From the NCBI RefSeq assembly GCF_032191835.1, contig NC_083226.1, forward strand, positions 40,362,001 through 40,426,000: a DNA stretch of 64,000 bases, read 5' to 3'. This stretch comes from Heteronotia binoei. Its lineage: Eukaryota. Positions 23,674-37,435 of the stretch are shown here, one piece after another (the first letter of the stretch is position 1; each line of letters starts with the position of its first letter). The notes beneath the pieces were generated by a model that saw nothing but the letters and a program-made list of their open reading frames with translations, had not been told where the DNA came from and searched no databases. A program made the position numbers and the translations under genes.

Positions 23674-26037
23674 TTCTAGACAGTATCATAAGCCACTCCG
23701 GAGCAAAAGCAATAGTTTCCAGGCAGGAAAGTAATGGATAATATTCTCTGGAGACATATTGAAATTGTACTTGATACTTTTGTATAGTACAAAAAAGGGA
23801 AACATTTAAAAGTCATCAAAAGTTCAAGTGAAGGCAATTATTGGTTTCTATCCAAGTTCATGCATTCTCCTGTCAGACCTGCTCAATAAATCTTTTAGCA
23901 TAAGCATCTTATAGTTTAAATAAACATTAAAAACTCTGAACACTGGTTAAAACCTCACTCACCCAGACTGTGCATCTCAGAGAAGCTACAGACTTCCACT
24001 GCCTGAAAATAACTCTTTAAATTGCTGGAATACACCATTTTCTTTTAAAGATAACTGGCAAAAACAGATTCAAATAGGATCTTAAAATTGTTTTAAGGTT
24101 CTGGTGGAAATCCCCAAAGCATGGGTCCCTAGGTAAATTGTGCAGCACCATGGTCAGCTAAGCAGCTGGGTCAGTGCTCAGCTGGGAGCCCTCCTAGGAA
24201 CCTCTGGCAAAGCTCCATTATGGAAGAAAGGTGGGGTAAAGATTAAACAAACAAAATCCCCTTTGTTCTACTTGCTGCATAAATTCTTAAAAGTTCTTTT
24301 TTGCAGAATACCAACTCAGTACAGAAAGAAAAGAGATGTCTAATAGAGAAACAGAACCCTGGCCTTTTTAAAGCCCATGTGCATGCATCTGCGTGTAAGG
24401 CTCTTCCCTGTCCATGTCTGTTGGCTAGCCCTCATCTGTCCTGCTGTGTCCCTCTGGTTGGTCCCCAAAGGCCTCAGAATAGGAAGAGAAGGAGGCTGAT
24501 TCATCTGATTCCTTCTCTGTCCCCAGACAGAATTTCTCCTCTAGTCTAGAGCTGTGTCCTCCCTTCCTCTTCAGTCTCTCACAGGAGCTCTTTTTAGAGT
24601 CTATCTAGCCCTAACCTTCTTCACCATCTGCTAATCCCTACCTACTTAGCCATACTGTGCCTATTCCTGAATTGTGGTGATTGCTCTCTGCCAGGTAATG
24701 CCTGGCAACCAGTTTGTGGTGGGGGGCATCCCCCCAAAAAAAATTAAAAAGAAAAACAAGGCCTCATCTACTTACAGGAAGTTCTTACCACAGAGTTCCT
24801 TGAAATTCCTAGAGCTACCCTTTGTCACTTTTAGGTAGCTCAAGGACTTGACAAAAACTCTATGGTTAGAACTTATTTTAAGTAGGTAAGGTCTTATTTT
24901 TATTTTTAATTTTTCTCCTGTTGCTTCTAGCAGCAGGGCTCAGCAGCTCTCCCCTGCTTTTTCCCCCTGTGAGGCGGCCAGCTTTCCCTCCTCCTCCAGC
25001 CACCCTCTACTGACAGTGTCTTGGGGCTGGAAGGAATTGGCTGAATGCCCTCTAGGCCTGCCTCTGCTTTCCCTGGGCCCATCCCTCCTTTGGTCTCAGT
25101 GTCTGGTTGGTGTTGGGCCCAGCTGGACATGAATGATTCTTCCTGGCCTTGCCCTAGCCTGCTTCATGGCTTCTGGTGATGATGATTTGTTGGGGGTCCC
25201 CTGGGGCTCCTCCAGCCAATGCCAGTTACAGAGGCCAGCTACCCCTGCTGGTGGGGTGACTCAGAACCTGGCGCCATCTCCAGACACTGCACTAAAATCA
25301 AGATGCACATTCTCTTTCTACATCACCCCTACAAAACTGAACATCAAAAGATTTAGGGAAGGGCAAGGAAAGAGCTGGAATGTATGTTTTGCAAACAAAA
25401 AAGAACCAGAAAAATCTTTTCAACACCAATAATTTCCTGGAGACAGGCCCAGAAACCAATGATAGTTAAAAATGAATTGTTACCTCAATAGTTGCAGAAC
25501 TCCAAAGGTTCCTATTACAGAACAGAACATATTTCTACATTTAAAACCTAACCTAACTGGCTATATAGCCTTTTAATGATTAGGATCTCATTAAATTCAC
25601 TAGATGTAGATAATCAATTGTTAATGAAAAGGGACCATTCTATTTCCGTATGGCAAGCCTCAGTCTAATTTCAATCCAATGAAAATAAATTTCTATAATT
25701 TGAATGGAATGAATATTGTTAACTGCTATGTAAGAAAAGTGCCTCCACTAGGTTAAAATGCTATATTCATTGTAGCCAGCAATTATATTGAATAAGGGTA
25801 AGATTTCCTCATGATGTTTATAAACAGCTGCCACTAAAGACTCCTCAGAAGCTTCAACTGGTTCTGCTTGATGATGTCATTTATAGAGATGGTATGCAGG
25901 ACCACCAACAGGAAGGGGGGCACTGCACTTGTCTTCCATGGCCTCTACAGAAGTTGCACAGACACATCCTGGCTTCTTCTTTTCATTACAGATGCAGAGT
26001 CCAATGGATCAGCCTGCCAAGCTCTGCCTGATCTTTC

Positions 26038-26256
26038 AGGGGAGGGAGAGTGGCTCAGTGGTAAGAGTATCTGCTTGGGAACCAGAAGGTCCCAGGTTCA
26101 ATCCCTGGCATCTCCAAAAAAGGGTCCAGGCAAATAGGTGTGAAAAACTTCAGCTTGAGACCCTGGAGAACCGCTGCCAGTCTGAGAAGACAATACTGAC
26201 TTTGATGGACCAAAGGTCTGATTCAGTATAAGGCAGTTTCATATGTTCATATATTC
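26038..26256 (+). mobile_element. tRNA-derived SINE with CR1-like tail
   Basis: tggctcagtggtaag (A box), ggttcaatccc (B box), tail aaggcagtttcatatgttcat. Degraded minus-strand copies at ~32130-32310 and ~45105-45285. Confidence 0.75.
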
Positions 26257-26876
26257 ATCTGGAAATGCTGTATTTGCAAATTTTGCAAAAAATTTTTTTA
26301 GAGAGGTAGCCATTAGGGCCATATACTCAAGTTTCAGGCTGGAATCCAAAGAACCATGTTAACTACTTTTGTAAGCATAAGGTGGCTTTAGGCTGATTTC
26401 CTCTAACAGCAGGATCAAACTGCTGCATAGCAAATTGCTGTTTAAATGATGGGTTGCATGACAGGCTACAAGGGCTCAGTAGTTCTAAGGAAAATAGTAA
26501 AATATCCATGGGTTTATGCAAGACTAAAAAATTCCATGGATCTCTGATACAGTATAGCTTGCATTGGTGGCACATTTTGACAGCTGAAAATGAAAAACAG
26601 AACTGTGAACTTGGATCCCTGGTCTGGGGCAAACTGCTATCCCAGATGAAGTTTGTTTGGCAGACAACATTAGAGAAGTGACTCTGCAATCTTTTCTTCT
26701 TAGGCCATTGTCACCTGCATATTAGTAAACAATGCCCACAAAGTACTTTCTGGAAAATCTAGAGAATATTTACCTAACGACAGAGAAATATGTTTGGGAG
26801 GAAGAAACACCCTGCTATATTTGCAAATGTTATATATTTTCCACCTCATTTGAAAATGTATTCTCAGGCTTTAGAT

Positions 26877-27188
26877 CAGGGGTCCTGACCTTTTTGAGCC
26901 TGTGGGCTTCTCTGCAATTTTGACACTGCATGGTGGGCACAGTAGGCAGGGCCAGTCACAAAACAACTGCCATAGCTTACCTCCAGTCACATAGTGAAGA
27001 TGCTTGTGCTGTGCAAGCAACATTTTTAAAAATCTGAACAGCCAATCATATCTCCAATGGCCAATCAAAAGTCTTGGTGGGCAAAAGCCCCACCTGGCCC
27101 TGTCCACTTTCTAAAAATACTTGGCGGGCAACAGGAAAGGTGTCAGAGGGCATCATGGTGCCCATGGGCGACATGTTGGGGACCCCTG
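26877..27188. mobile_element. hAT (Charlie-like) MITE
   Basis: TIRs caggggtcc / ggacccctg; TSD ctttagat/ctctaggt (6/8). Confidence 0.7.
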
Positions 27189-27519
27189 CTCTAGGTTTTT
27201 TGATACTGTAAAAAGACTTTCACTGCAGAACTTTTTTTTTTTAACATTGTGAGACATTTTTCTACCCCACGATACACTGGAATTCTGTTTGAGGTAAAAA
27301 TATGCACCAGAATATTTATTTTATAAAAACATGTATATGGGGCATTTTCACCTGAACAGGGTGTCCAAGGCAGCAAACATAAAAACATTTCAATATTAGA
27401 ACATTTAAGATGTTAAAACAGCATATAAAATATAATATAGAGAGAATATTTGAACAATTAAATAAAACATATAAACACAAAGCACATAACACAACCAGGG
27501 TGGGGGACTAATATCAGTT

Positions 27520-28015
27520 ATTGAAGGAATGTTAAACAAAACAAAAATATCTTCACCTGGTGGCGGAAGACAACAATAGAGGGAGTTTCAGAGTTTTTGT
27601 GCCAAAACTAAAAAGGCCCTTTCTTGCTTTGCCACCCATCTAATCTCAGCCAGCAGGGGCACTCTAAGCAGAGCCTCTGAAGAAGACCTGAGTGGACAGG
27701 TAGGTGGATCTGAGTGGACAGGCACCAACACATATAGGGCTTTAAAGGTCAATACCAGAACCTTGAAGCAAACTGGGAGCCAGTGTAGATGGAATGACAT
27801 GTACCCTATGACTCAGTCTGGCCAACATTGTGGCTGCAGTATTCTGTACCAACAGTAGCCTATGTAGTTGTTGTTATTCAGTCGCACAGTCAAGTCCAAC
27901 TCTTTGCGACACCATGGACAAAGTCACGCCAGGCCCTCCTGTCTTCCACCATCCTCCAAAGTCTGCTCAAAAGCCTATGTAGAGCACACTGCAATATTCA
28001 AAACTGTATTTTACC
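27520..28015 (-). mobile_element. L2 LINE 3' fragment (host of the BovB tail)
   Basis: HLHWLPVCFKVLVLTFKAL...RAFLVLA. Confidence 0.78.
27868..27971 (-). mobile_element. BovB-type 3' tail (104 bp) inserted in L2
   Basis: Reverse complement ...ggaagacaggagggcctggcgtg...gtcgcaaagagttggac...(aac)n; perfect 11-bp TSD agcctatgtag (27857-27867, 27972-27982). Confidence 0.88.
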
Positions 28016-29334
28016 AGGGCATGCAACACAGTGGCCAGATCTTTCTGGCCTAGAAAGAGTCACAGCTGGCTCAGCAGTTGAAGCCAGCGAAAAGCACCCC
28101 TGGTCATTGCTTCCACCGGTTTATCCAATTGGAAGCTTGGATACAGGGGCATCCCATAAGCTATAAAAGGAGCTACAAGCTCCTTTAAAAGTAGCCCAAC
28201 CCCATCCAGAACAGAAGATGTTTCAATTCAATTAGCGTAAGTTTATTCAGAGTGTTACAAATTAAATTACCATCCACAATTATATCTTTTTAGAGTATGA
28301 GCTGCCTGCAGCATTCTCCTATTCCTGATATTATGAGCAGAGAAGAACCCATGCGCAAATGTCAAAAAAGAAAAAGCTGAACTCTTTCAGGAAGTAGGAT
28401 TTCCATATTTTTCATCCCCTGTAAGAAACATGTGGTCTTTTGCCTTTTTCTGAAAAAAAAATGCAGCAGGATTTTAGAAAGATTCAGTCATGTTTTTAAG
28501 GAAAAATTAAACCCTTCAGGCGAGATTCTATGATGTGCGAGCATAACTTCCACTTCCAATTACATGTGTAGCAGATGCAGATTTTCACATGCATCCTATA
28601 ATATATGCCGCCTTTTAAAAAATTCCACTTGCTGATGCACTGCTGATGTTATAAAAAATAACACTGTCAAATGCAGTCATTAAAAAATTATGACTTTTAC
28701 GTGGCACGTGTTCAGAAAAAAGCAAAACTAACATGTGCAGACAGTGCTGAATGTGTTTTTGCCTGCTATGGGCTCCCATGTGGCATTTAAAGCAAATTTT
28801 CATTTTACTTGTAAAGTCCAATAAATACAGAAATCTCACATTAGAAAATTCAATTTGCATAAATCAACCATCTTCATGCTAACGCCTAATCTAAGCCAGA
28901 TGTGTTTGATTGTTATTGTAGTTACTAAAAACATTTAACCAACTAAATTCTCCAATGCACTGCAAGTAGTAATCTCATTTTGCTAAGAGCCTCAGAAATG
29001 CATCCCATAGGCATGTATTGTTTTGCAAACACCATGAGTTGGATCGAGTGACTCCCTTCAACTGAATGAAGAGTATTGCTCCAATTAGAGCAAACGCTTT
29101 CAAGTGATGATGAGCTCCCTTAACACCCTTCATAAGGTCTTCTGAAGCATCTAAGGTTCCAGTGAGCTGAAGAAAAGCCAGGGTTTGAGGAAGAAGGAAA
29201 TGGGCAATGGGAAGTGAACCAGCAGGTGCCAGTGAGAGCAAATGTGACATACTGGCTAGACTGCCAGACTACAGTCTTGGAAGTCCAGATTTGAATCCCC
29301 ACTCTGACATGGAAGCTCACTGAATGACCAAAGC

Positions 29335-29783
29335 ACTGCATTCAGGAGTACAAAATCTGTTATCTATCCCCAGACCAAGGGAGGCCAGACTGTGCTCTAC
29401 ATGGGCTAGGGCCTTCTCAGTGGCAGCACCAATGATGTGGAACGCCCTCCTAGAGGCTATAAGGACCCTGTGGGATCTCTCCCAATTCCACAGGGCCTGT
29501 AAAACTGAGTTATTTTGACACCTAAATGAGAAAGGTTTGCCACTCTACACTGCTGTGCAACATCATTTATGTGGCATTATGATCACCATAAGATCGCTGT
29601 CAGAAGAAAGAAAGTTATGATCCAGCCTATACCAAAATTTTTGAGTAGCACCATGAAATGTATTTTAATTGTTAATTTTAATATTTTTAAATTGTAACCT
29701 TAAATTGTGTTTTCACTGATTGTTAGCCACCCTGAGTCTGCTTGTGGTGAAGGTGGGATAGAAAACTAAAGTAATAAATAAAT
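29335..29783 (+). mobile_element. L2 LINE 3' fragment
   Basis: RAFSVAAPMMWNALLEAI...FHRACKTELF; (aata)n tail. Confidence 0.8.
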
Positions 29784-30319
29784 AAATCTCTCTGTTTCTC
29801 TAAGCCTATCCTAGCTCACAAAGTTGTTGCAATGACAGAAGGAAGAAGGGGATACTGACATTATAAGCCACCACGCTCCCCATGGAGAAAGTGGAGTATA
29901 AATATCTGAATAAATAAATGGTGCTCTTGGGTACCAAGTTGGGTCTCACTCCCCTAATACATGGCTACAGGGTGGTGTTTGGCTGGTGGGTCACAAATTG
30001 CACAGGCCTGGCCTATTTGTAAAGGTTTGGATAAAAACTGAGAACTTTCCTGGCAATGCTTGCATTTGATACACATTCTGTACTGCTAAGTGCCCTGTGA
30101 TGTACTGAATGCTTCCATCATCAACCTCTGTCTTACATGTAAAAACTGGTAAATTCCATTTCATTGTATCTGAGGAAGTGCATGTGCACATGAAAACTCA
30201 GATCTTGACTAAAACTTTGTTGGTCTTAAAGGTGCCACTGGACTCAAACTTTTTTCTATAAATTGGCCATGTAAAGGATAGTTCTTACCATCTATATTAA
30301 ATAAGAAACAGACACTGAC

Positions 30320-30496
30320 CTGTACATTCATGCTGTAGCCCTTTGCCATAGTATCCTTTTTCACAGATGCACTCGAACTGCCCTGTGTGAGTACCACATT
30401 TGCAGCTTGCCATAATATCACAGCAGTTTTCGTTCCCATCACAAAGGTAAGAACAATAGGAAATATCTTCTTGAATGTAACTACCAGAGGGCAGAT
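30320..30496 (-). CDS. SVEP1: SVEP1 coding exon 3 (Cys-rich region)
   Basis: Translated by hand, since the ORF track shows a different frame. Acceptor gatttacag|AT; (D)[58 protein letters not shown]; donor ACAG|GTCAGT. 177 nt, phase 1-1. Confidence 0.96.
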
Positions 30497-30922
30497 CTGT
30501 AAATCACATGAGTAAAGAGTTAGTAAACTATTGCACAACAAAACAAACATGAAAATTAGAGGATGTTATAAACCACAACAACATAACTACAGCAAAAAAT
30601 GTGCTTAACACAAAAATATAACATGACTATAAAGATTTTTCTTGTATTTACATTTTATGCTCAAGTTTTAATAGGGCAAACATTGCTTTAAGACAAAGAC
30701 TGCCTTACAACAATACCACATAATCTACAAATTTATACTTGAATTATACTTAAATTTAAATAACTTGGGTATTCAGATTCTCAGATCGATTATGACTTTG
30801 CTCTGGGATAGAAGGCGTTTTGGGCTAGAGCTTTGCTCACAGGAAATTGGTCAGAGAACTTCAAATGATTAGAGTTAATATAGACTAGGGTGTTAACAAT
30901 AGGGCTGTATTTATTCTTGATA

Positions 30923-31143
30923 GTCCTGACCTGGATGGCCCAAGCTGGACTGATCCCATCATATCTCAGAAGCTAAGCAGGGCCAGCCATATTTTGTACT
31001 TTGATGGGAGACCACCAAGGAAGTCCAAAGTCACTAATGGAGACAGGCAAAACAAACCACCTCTTATAATCTCTTCCCTTGAAAACCCTATGGGGTTCAC
31101 CATAAATCAGCTGCAACTTGACAGTACTTTCCATTAACAACCA
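30923..31143 (+). mobile_element. 5S rRNA-derived SINE copy (SVEP1 intron 2)
   Basis: atctcagaagctaagcagggcc...gatgggagaccaccaagg (5S box A / box C-like), with the same tail as the copy at 987. Confidence 0.8.
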
Positions 31144-31367
31144 CGATACTTAAAAATGCTTTATATTAGGATTTAGCAATGTTATATACCCAAGAAACAA
31201 GTTTCTTCCAGCAACTGAAATTTAATCTGCTATTTATAAAGGTTATTTTCTAATTAAAACAAATAATAAACTTATGCATTTTTTTTTTTAAATGAAGTAT
31301 AGATAATTTGACAGCCTCAAAAGCATCCTACAGAGAATCTAATGCATTCTGTTTGATCAGAAATGAA

Positions 31368-31592
31368 GACTCTGGGGTGATGTTGCTTTCACAACGTTTT
31401 CACGGCAGACTTTTTACGGGGTGGTTTGCCATTGCCTTTCCCAGTCATCTACGCTTTCCCCTCAGCAAGTTCGGTACTCATTTTACTGACCTCGGAAGGA
31501 TGGAAGGCTGAGTCAACCTTCAGCCGGCTACCTGAAAACCCAGTTACCGCCAGGGATCGAACTCAGGTCGTGAGCAGAGCTTAGGACTGCAG
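31368..31592 (-). mobile_element. Sauria SINE fragment next to the exon 2 donor
   Basis: Reverse complement matches the 37436-37724 family. Confidence 0.8.
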
Positions 31593-31610
31593 GAAAGTAA
31601 ATTAGATTAC

Positions 31611-31866
31611 CTTCGTGAAGGGCTCTGCGAGCCAAAGCTTCAAATTCTGCAAAACTGTGAAGGAGGTAGCAGTGTTCCTCCTTTGGATGAGAAGCCATAT
31701 CATTCAGTTCTCGAATGTTGCCTTGCCATATCCCAAATGTGAAGATCTCCACTCCAAATTCACGCAATGATGCTGCAATAGGCCTGGGATCCCCTCCATT
31801 GGAATAACCATCCGTAATGAGGAATATCACCTTGGTAGCATTAGTACGGGAGTGAAGCAGTATTTG
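31611..31866 (-). CDS. SVEP1: SVEP1 coding exon 2 (C-terminal half of VWA domain)
   Basis: Acceptor ttcttgtag|CAA; translates [85 protein letters not shown]; donor GAAG|GTAATC. 256 nt. Confidence 0.97.
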
Positions 31867-34800
31867 CTACAAGAAGGAATTGAAAAATAACTTCTTTAGC
31901 CAAGAGTTAGCAAGTTGATGACCTGCTAATGGTCTTTCTAGGCAGGGTACACTCCCTTTGCTAATGATGTTTGACCTAACAAGATTTTTGTGGGACCACC
32001 CAATAGTAACAGCTAAAAATCAACAATGTGTTAGCAGACAATATGGTTAACAAGCCAAATGCTGATTCACACTCCATGCAGCTTAAAATTTACTCTACAG
32101 ATACTTTATAAGAATATCAACCAATCAACAGATGAAGCTGCTTTATACCACTTATATATCATGATCCAATCAGTATTTTCTACTCTGACTTGTAAAGGCT
32201 TTCCCATGTCTTAGGCAGAGGTCTTTCACATCACATCATCTACTACCTGACTGAACCTGGGATCTTCTGCATGCAAAGCAGATGCTCTGACAATGAGTCA
32301 CAATCCCACTGCTAACACAGAAACAATTATTTTCCCGACTCCCTATTCAATACAAATCAGGGAAATGGAGGTTCATGATGGTTTGAGGCTGTGAAGTCAC
32401 ACAAATCTCCCCATTTACCGAACCAGTTTGTGAAATTGGGGAAAGATTCTCCCTTCATTCTGCTGGTGGTGGCTACCCAAAGCTAGTAGAATAGAAGGGG
32501 GGGGGGGGCAGATCTTGCAAAAGCCATTTAAAGGCAATTTCACACATGGGGACATTTCCTTTAAATGACTTTTGCAAGGGAACACTGCATGTGAATGAAG
32601 TTCAGCCACACGAACTTCACTTGCATGCTATGCTCAGTTGCAAAAGCCATTTAAAAGGAATGTTTAGAAGTGTGGGAGGGAGAGCAAAAGGGATAATTAA
32701 AATGGCTTGCATTTTAGCAATCCCTCTTGCTCCCTCCCCTCATTTCCCAACATGAACCACATGAACCTCCAAAACCATATCCAGAGTTGTGGATAGGAAT
32801 GGGCACGAACCCGCAGTCACGAACCAATAATGTTCAGCAGGAAAGTAGGTTCATAACAAGCTTTGTGCTCATCCCTATATTACAATGCAAATATTGGGCA
32901 TAGACAGAAGCAATTGTTTAGGATATCTGTTTCAAGATTTTTTTTATCTAGGATTCTGATCACAACCTAATTGTTTTTTTTTGAGGGGGGTCAATACTTG
33001 ACAGCATCAGTTACCCACAAAAGTTAATCTGCTTTATTTTGTAACAAAGGATTACAGACTGATTAAACAAATGTAACCTATCTTATCCAAATATATTTAA
33101 ACTACCATATGTAGCTTGGATGTCATGGAAAATTTCCACTAACAGAAAGGAATTTTTAAATTGATTCTCCCTTCTCAGGGGGAGTATTTGGGGGGCATTT
33201 TGGGGCTGCAACAAGAAGGAAGTCCCATTCCAATTACCGAAATCCTGCCATCAGTGGAGATTTACTATAGGATCCAAGTTTATAAGTATTCATGTTTCTC
33301 CAAAAAATTGTAACAGATTTTAATTACTTTAGCATATAAAACTAAGCTATCCCTTACTACACAACAATCTTTCCCCAGCACTCTATCAATCCCTCTATAT
33401 GCAACCATTCCCATTGTTAATGTACACACATATACACACAAAAGGCAGAGAGGGAGATAGCCTTCCTTTATTGTTATAATGAAAGCATCTATCTTCTTGG
33501 CACTGCTGTGCTCCATTATATTTCTTACATTTTTATTATCCTTCCAAATTTTCCTTCCCCAAAACTAGCAAAGCCACATGTCCTAAGCACCATCACATGC
33601 TATGAAACTATCCAGGTAAACAGTATCCCACATCCACTGAATCCATCTGGTAGACCTGTTGGTCCACAATCTGTCTTATTCCTATATTCCTCAGCTCTGA
33701 CTATTATATCTTCACTCATGCATTTCCCCACCAGAAGTTTTAACTTTTTTGTTCCCTGAAATTGCTTCTCCGTCTTCCAGACAGATAGCCATACCAGTTT
33801 GCAGCACTTCATATTGCACCATTAATGCATAATGTTTTTCAGGGTTTTATAAACAAAGCCCATAGAGATAAAGTATTAGTAGGTTTTAGGTAGGGTTGCC
33901 CATTTGCCTGACTGCAGTGGATAAATCTTCATACTCAGCCCCACTCTTCCACCCTTGAGAAATTGAGGCACAGGAGAGAAAATGGCTACAAAATGTGATG
34001 CTCTAGGAACTTCTCCATGTCTCTATAGGAAATTTCTCCATGTCTCTAAGGGAAATTCCTAGAGTATCACCCAGAAATATCATACCTTCCTCAAAAATGT
34101 CACAAACACCTCGAACTATGTTCTCCAGGCACTGCTCTCAAAATCTCACATTTGCCAAGGCACTGCTAGCAATCCTAGTCTTAGGCCTAAACCCAGCATC
34201 TAAAGAATTCCCCTCTGTCTGTCTTTAATGCCCTTTTATCAAGGACATGTCAGGAAAATAAAATCTATATTTTAGTGAGAGTGTCCCAAGGAGAAAGAAA
34301 GCATATAGATATTCTGAAAAGCATTCACAATTATAAATGATCCATTTTAGAGCAGTTCTGGCCAATAGACATTTTACTGAACATAATGATTTTGTGATGT
34401 TTTTGTGTCTGACTCGCTGATGCAGTAAGTGCACAGAAGAAATCTATTTACTAAGTCCACCTAGCCCAGTATTCTGCTTCTTACAATTGGCAAGAAAACA
34501 TACTTCACAGCAGGCAGATTTAGGAAGAATATTCCCAACAAATGCTTATCAGTAACAGATGATTTTGAACCATGAAGCAAGGCTCGCATTCCCTTCCTCA
34601 GTGCTTCTAAAATGCACTTTTAGGGAAATAATAATTAATTAACCATGCAATTAACTCCTTTAACATCTTGTAATTGATTAACCTGTCTGTTCAAAGTCTG
34701 CTTTTTCAGTAAATGTTTCTCTTAACCCCACTATTTTTCCTTCTCACACCACCTGGTAAAATAACTTATTGCATTCCTTCCTTTGGCTATTCCAGGAACA

Positions 34801-35374
34801 GTAATATGACTGCCTTTGTTTCTTCTATCATAGAGAGTAATTGCATTTCCAAGAGAGAAAGAGATTAAACAACTCAGTGGCTGTTCTGGAACTTTAACAA
34901 GAGTTTTATTGAGAGACTAATGCCAAGCATTCAAATTTAAAGCATATTTTTAGAGCTAAGGCGAATAACTGAGTGTGGGGCTCATCTGCCTGTTCAGTTG
35001 CAGTGAATTAAAGATAATTTTCTTACCATTAGTATCTCTCTAAAAACACAGAATTAGGAGTTGTCACTCACCTACACTGTTGGACCAGCCTCCCATCTTC
35101 TTTTCTTACAAAACCCAGAACAGACCCATGCTACACAGGATTGCCAACTTCCAGGTGGTAGCTGGAGATCTCCTACTATTACAACTGATCTCCAGGCAAC
35201 AGAGATCAGTTCACCTGGAGAAAATGGCTGTTTTGGAAGGTAGATTCTGTAGCATTATACCCCACTTAAGTCCCTCCCCTCCTCAGACTTCACTTCCAAA
35301 AACTCCAGATATTCCCCAACCCAAAGCTGGCAGCCCTAGCTATACTCCTGTGACACCTGGGCATGAGCTCTTTT

Positions 35375-35495
35375 TAAAAAGGTAAAGGTAGTCCCCTGTG
35401 CAAGCACCAGTTGTTTCTGACTCTGGGGTGATGTTGCTTTCACAACGTTATCATGGCAGACTTTTTACAGAGTGGTTTGCCATTGCCTTCCCCAG
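35375..35495 (-). mobile_element. Sauria SINE 3' fragment
   Basis: aaaggtaaaggtagtcccctgtgcaagcaccag...gtggtttgccattgccttcccc. Confidence 0.8.
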
Positions 35496-35910
35496 AGCTC
35501 TTTTTACCCTCCCAATGAAACCAGTGTGGCAACTGAAAATGTAGTATTCCAGGGGGGTGGAGAGATCACAATATTATTTTGGGATTGCCCAATTTTTACA
35601 TCTGGCCTTGGATTGGGTACAAAGCACCACAAAAGATTCTACTCACGGAACAAAAGCTTTTCCTTCTGACTACAGCCCACTTACCCTTTTTGAAATGCTG
35701 CCCCCAAGCAGCCTTCTCAAAGAACAGACCTGGTGTGATCTGAGGGCCTGCAGGTTGGAGAAATCAGTAAGGATTTTACCCCCTGCCACATATGTCCTCC
35801 TTACACCAACAGAAACTAAGATTTGGATCCAGTCCAAGAATGCAGTCCAAGGATTATGGCTACAATACTTGAAACACTCCTTTTTAAATAGTCCCACTTA
35901 CATTAATGGG

Positions 35911-36105
35911 GTCCTAACCAGGATGACCAAGGCTAGCCCAATCCTGTTTGATCTCAGAAGCTAAGTTGGGCCATTTCCTGTTAGTACTTGGGACACAAGA
36001 CTATTGAGGCTGCTACACAGAAGCAGACAGTGGCTGATTAGTTCTGTTTGTCTCTTACCTTGAAAACTAGCTGAAAAGGTCAGCTGTAACTTGACAGCAC
36101 TTTCC
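35911..36105 (+). mobile_element. 5S rRNA-derived SINE copy
   Basis: gatctcagaagctaag...gttagtacttgg; imperfect TSD acattaat(t)ggg. Confidence 0.72.
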
Positions 36106-36124
36106 ACATTAATTGGGCTATCCT

Positions 36125-36317
36125 TTGGGGTGCCAACCTCCAGGTGGTGGCTGGAGATCTCCCACTATTACAACTGATCTCCAGGCAACAGAGATCACTT
36201 CCCTTGGAGGAAAGCATTGCTCTGGAAGATGGGCTCTATGACATTTTGCCCCAAACCCTTTTTCTCCTCAGGCTCCACCCTCAGAATCTCTGGGTATTTC
36301 CAGAGTTGGCAACCCTA
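36125..36317. mobile_element. ~195-bp TAGGGTTGCCAA-type MITE
   Basis: TSD gctatcct/actatcct. Copies at 22878-23074 and 35136-35338. Confidence 0.78.
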
Positions 36318-37435
36318 ACTATCCTAAGTAAAGTATCTTGAGGCTTACCATTTGCGCCCATCAATTATTTACTTATTTATTTACTATATTTCTAAGAGCC
36401 ACTTGAGAAAGAGTTTAGGTCTTTTTTGTGTAACAAAATTACTTATTCTGAAATTTGGGGAAGGAAATGAAGATCTGTGCATTTTTAAATGGTTAAATGA
36501 GAAATTTCTCATTGTAGGGCATTTTAGGAACAGTAGCAAAAAAAAAAGGTATAATACAATAGAGTTTAAAAATAGAAGACAGTGGTATAATAGCTCAGAG
36601 GAAGAGAAAAAAGGTGGCAGTTACACTGAAATACAACTTCCTATATTCATTTCAATAACGGTATTTTAACATAATAGAAGTCTTTTAGAATCCCTATAGG
36701 GCAGTATAAATTATCTCCAAGTTGTAATTTGTCTGCCAAAAAACAGACAAAGCAAAATGCCTAGTTATACTAAATATTGAGAGAATAAATTACAGCAGTC
36801 TGAATGAATATGTGGTATACTGAGCCATACCGAGGGTGCCAAACACCCTCCTCTTCATGTATCAATGAATTATTTTGGAATAGTATCAAACCACCTAAAG
36901 AGAGTTTTTAAAACAAGATAATCTTAGCACTACTGAAGTGACTTACAAGGTCTCTTAGAGATACTATAACTTTCTATCATATATTCAGTTTTAGGTCATA
37001 TTAAACAAGGATCCTAACCACATAACAGTATACCTCTGACTTTGATCAGAATCAAAGGGCTAATTTACACATTATGAGCTATGTGGATTGGGTCCCACCA
37101 TGTGTAATGTATAACAGTGAGGTTGGGTTTCCCCAATAGGCCAATAGTTCCCCCTAAACCATTTAAGGTCAGGAATATCACCAGAGGGCCTGAAGCTCCT
37201 CCACACAAGCCTCCATCCCAGTCCAAACATGGCAACATGGATCTAGAAACTCAGGTGTTATTGTTGCTCATTATACAGGGTGGGGATCCCAAACCCAACC
37301 TATGTACTCTGTAATGTATTCAATAACACCCAAAGGCAAAACAAGCTTTGTGAAGAATTATCTAAGAATACGTATTCAGAAGTCAGACCCATTGACTTCA
37401 AAGAGACTAATTAGCATAGCCTTATTCATCTGAAA

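Noticed and set aside
30209-30550. 113-aa minus-strand ORF
   Set aside because: Wrong frame over SVEP1 exon 3; the true frame gives the Cys-rich SVEP1 peptide.
987-36105. 5S rRNA genes or tRNA genes
   Set aside because: The 5S-like and tRNA-like segments lack correct 5' ends, are degraded, and are fused to SINE bodies with TSDs.
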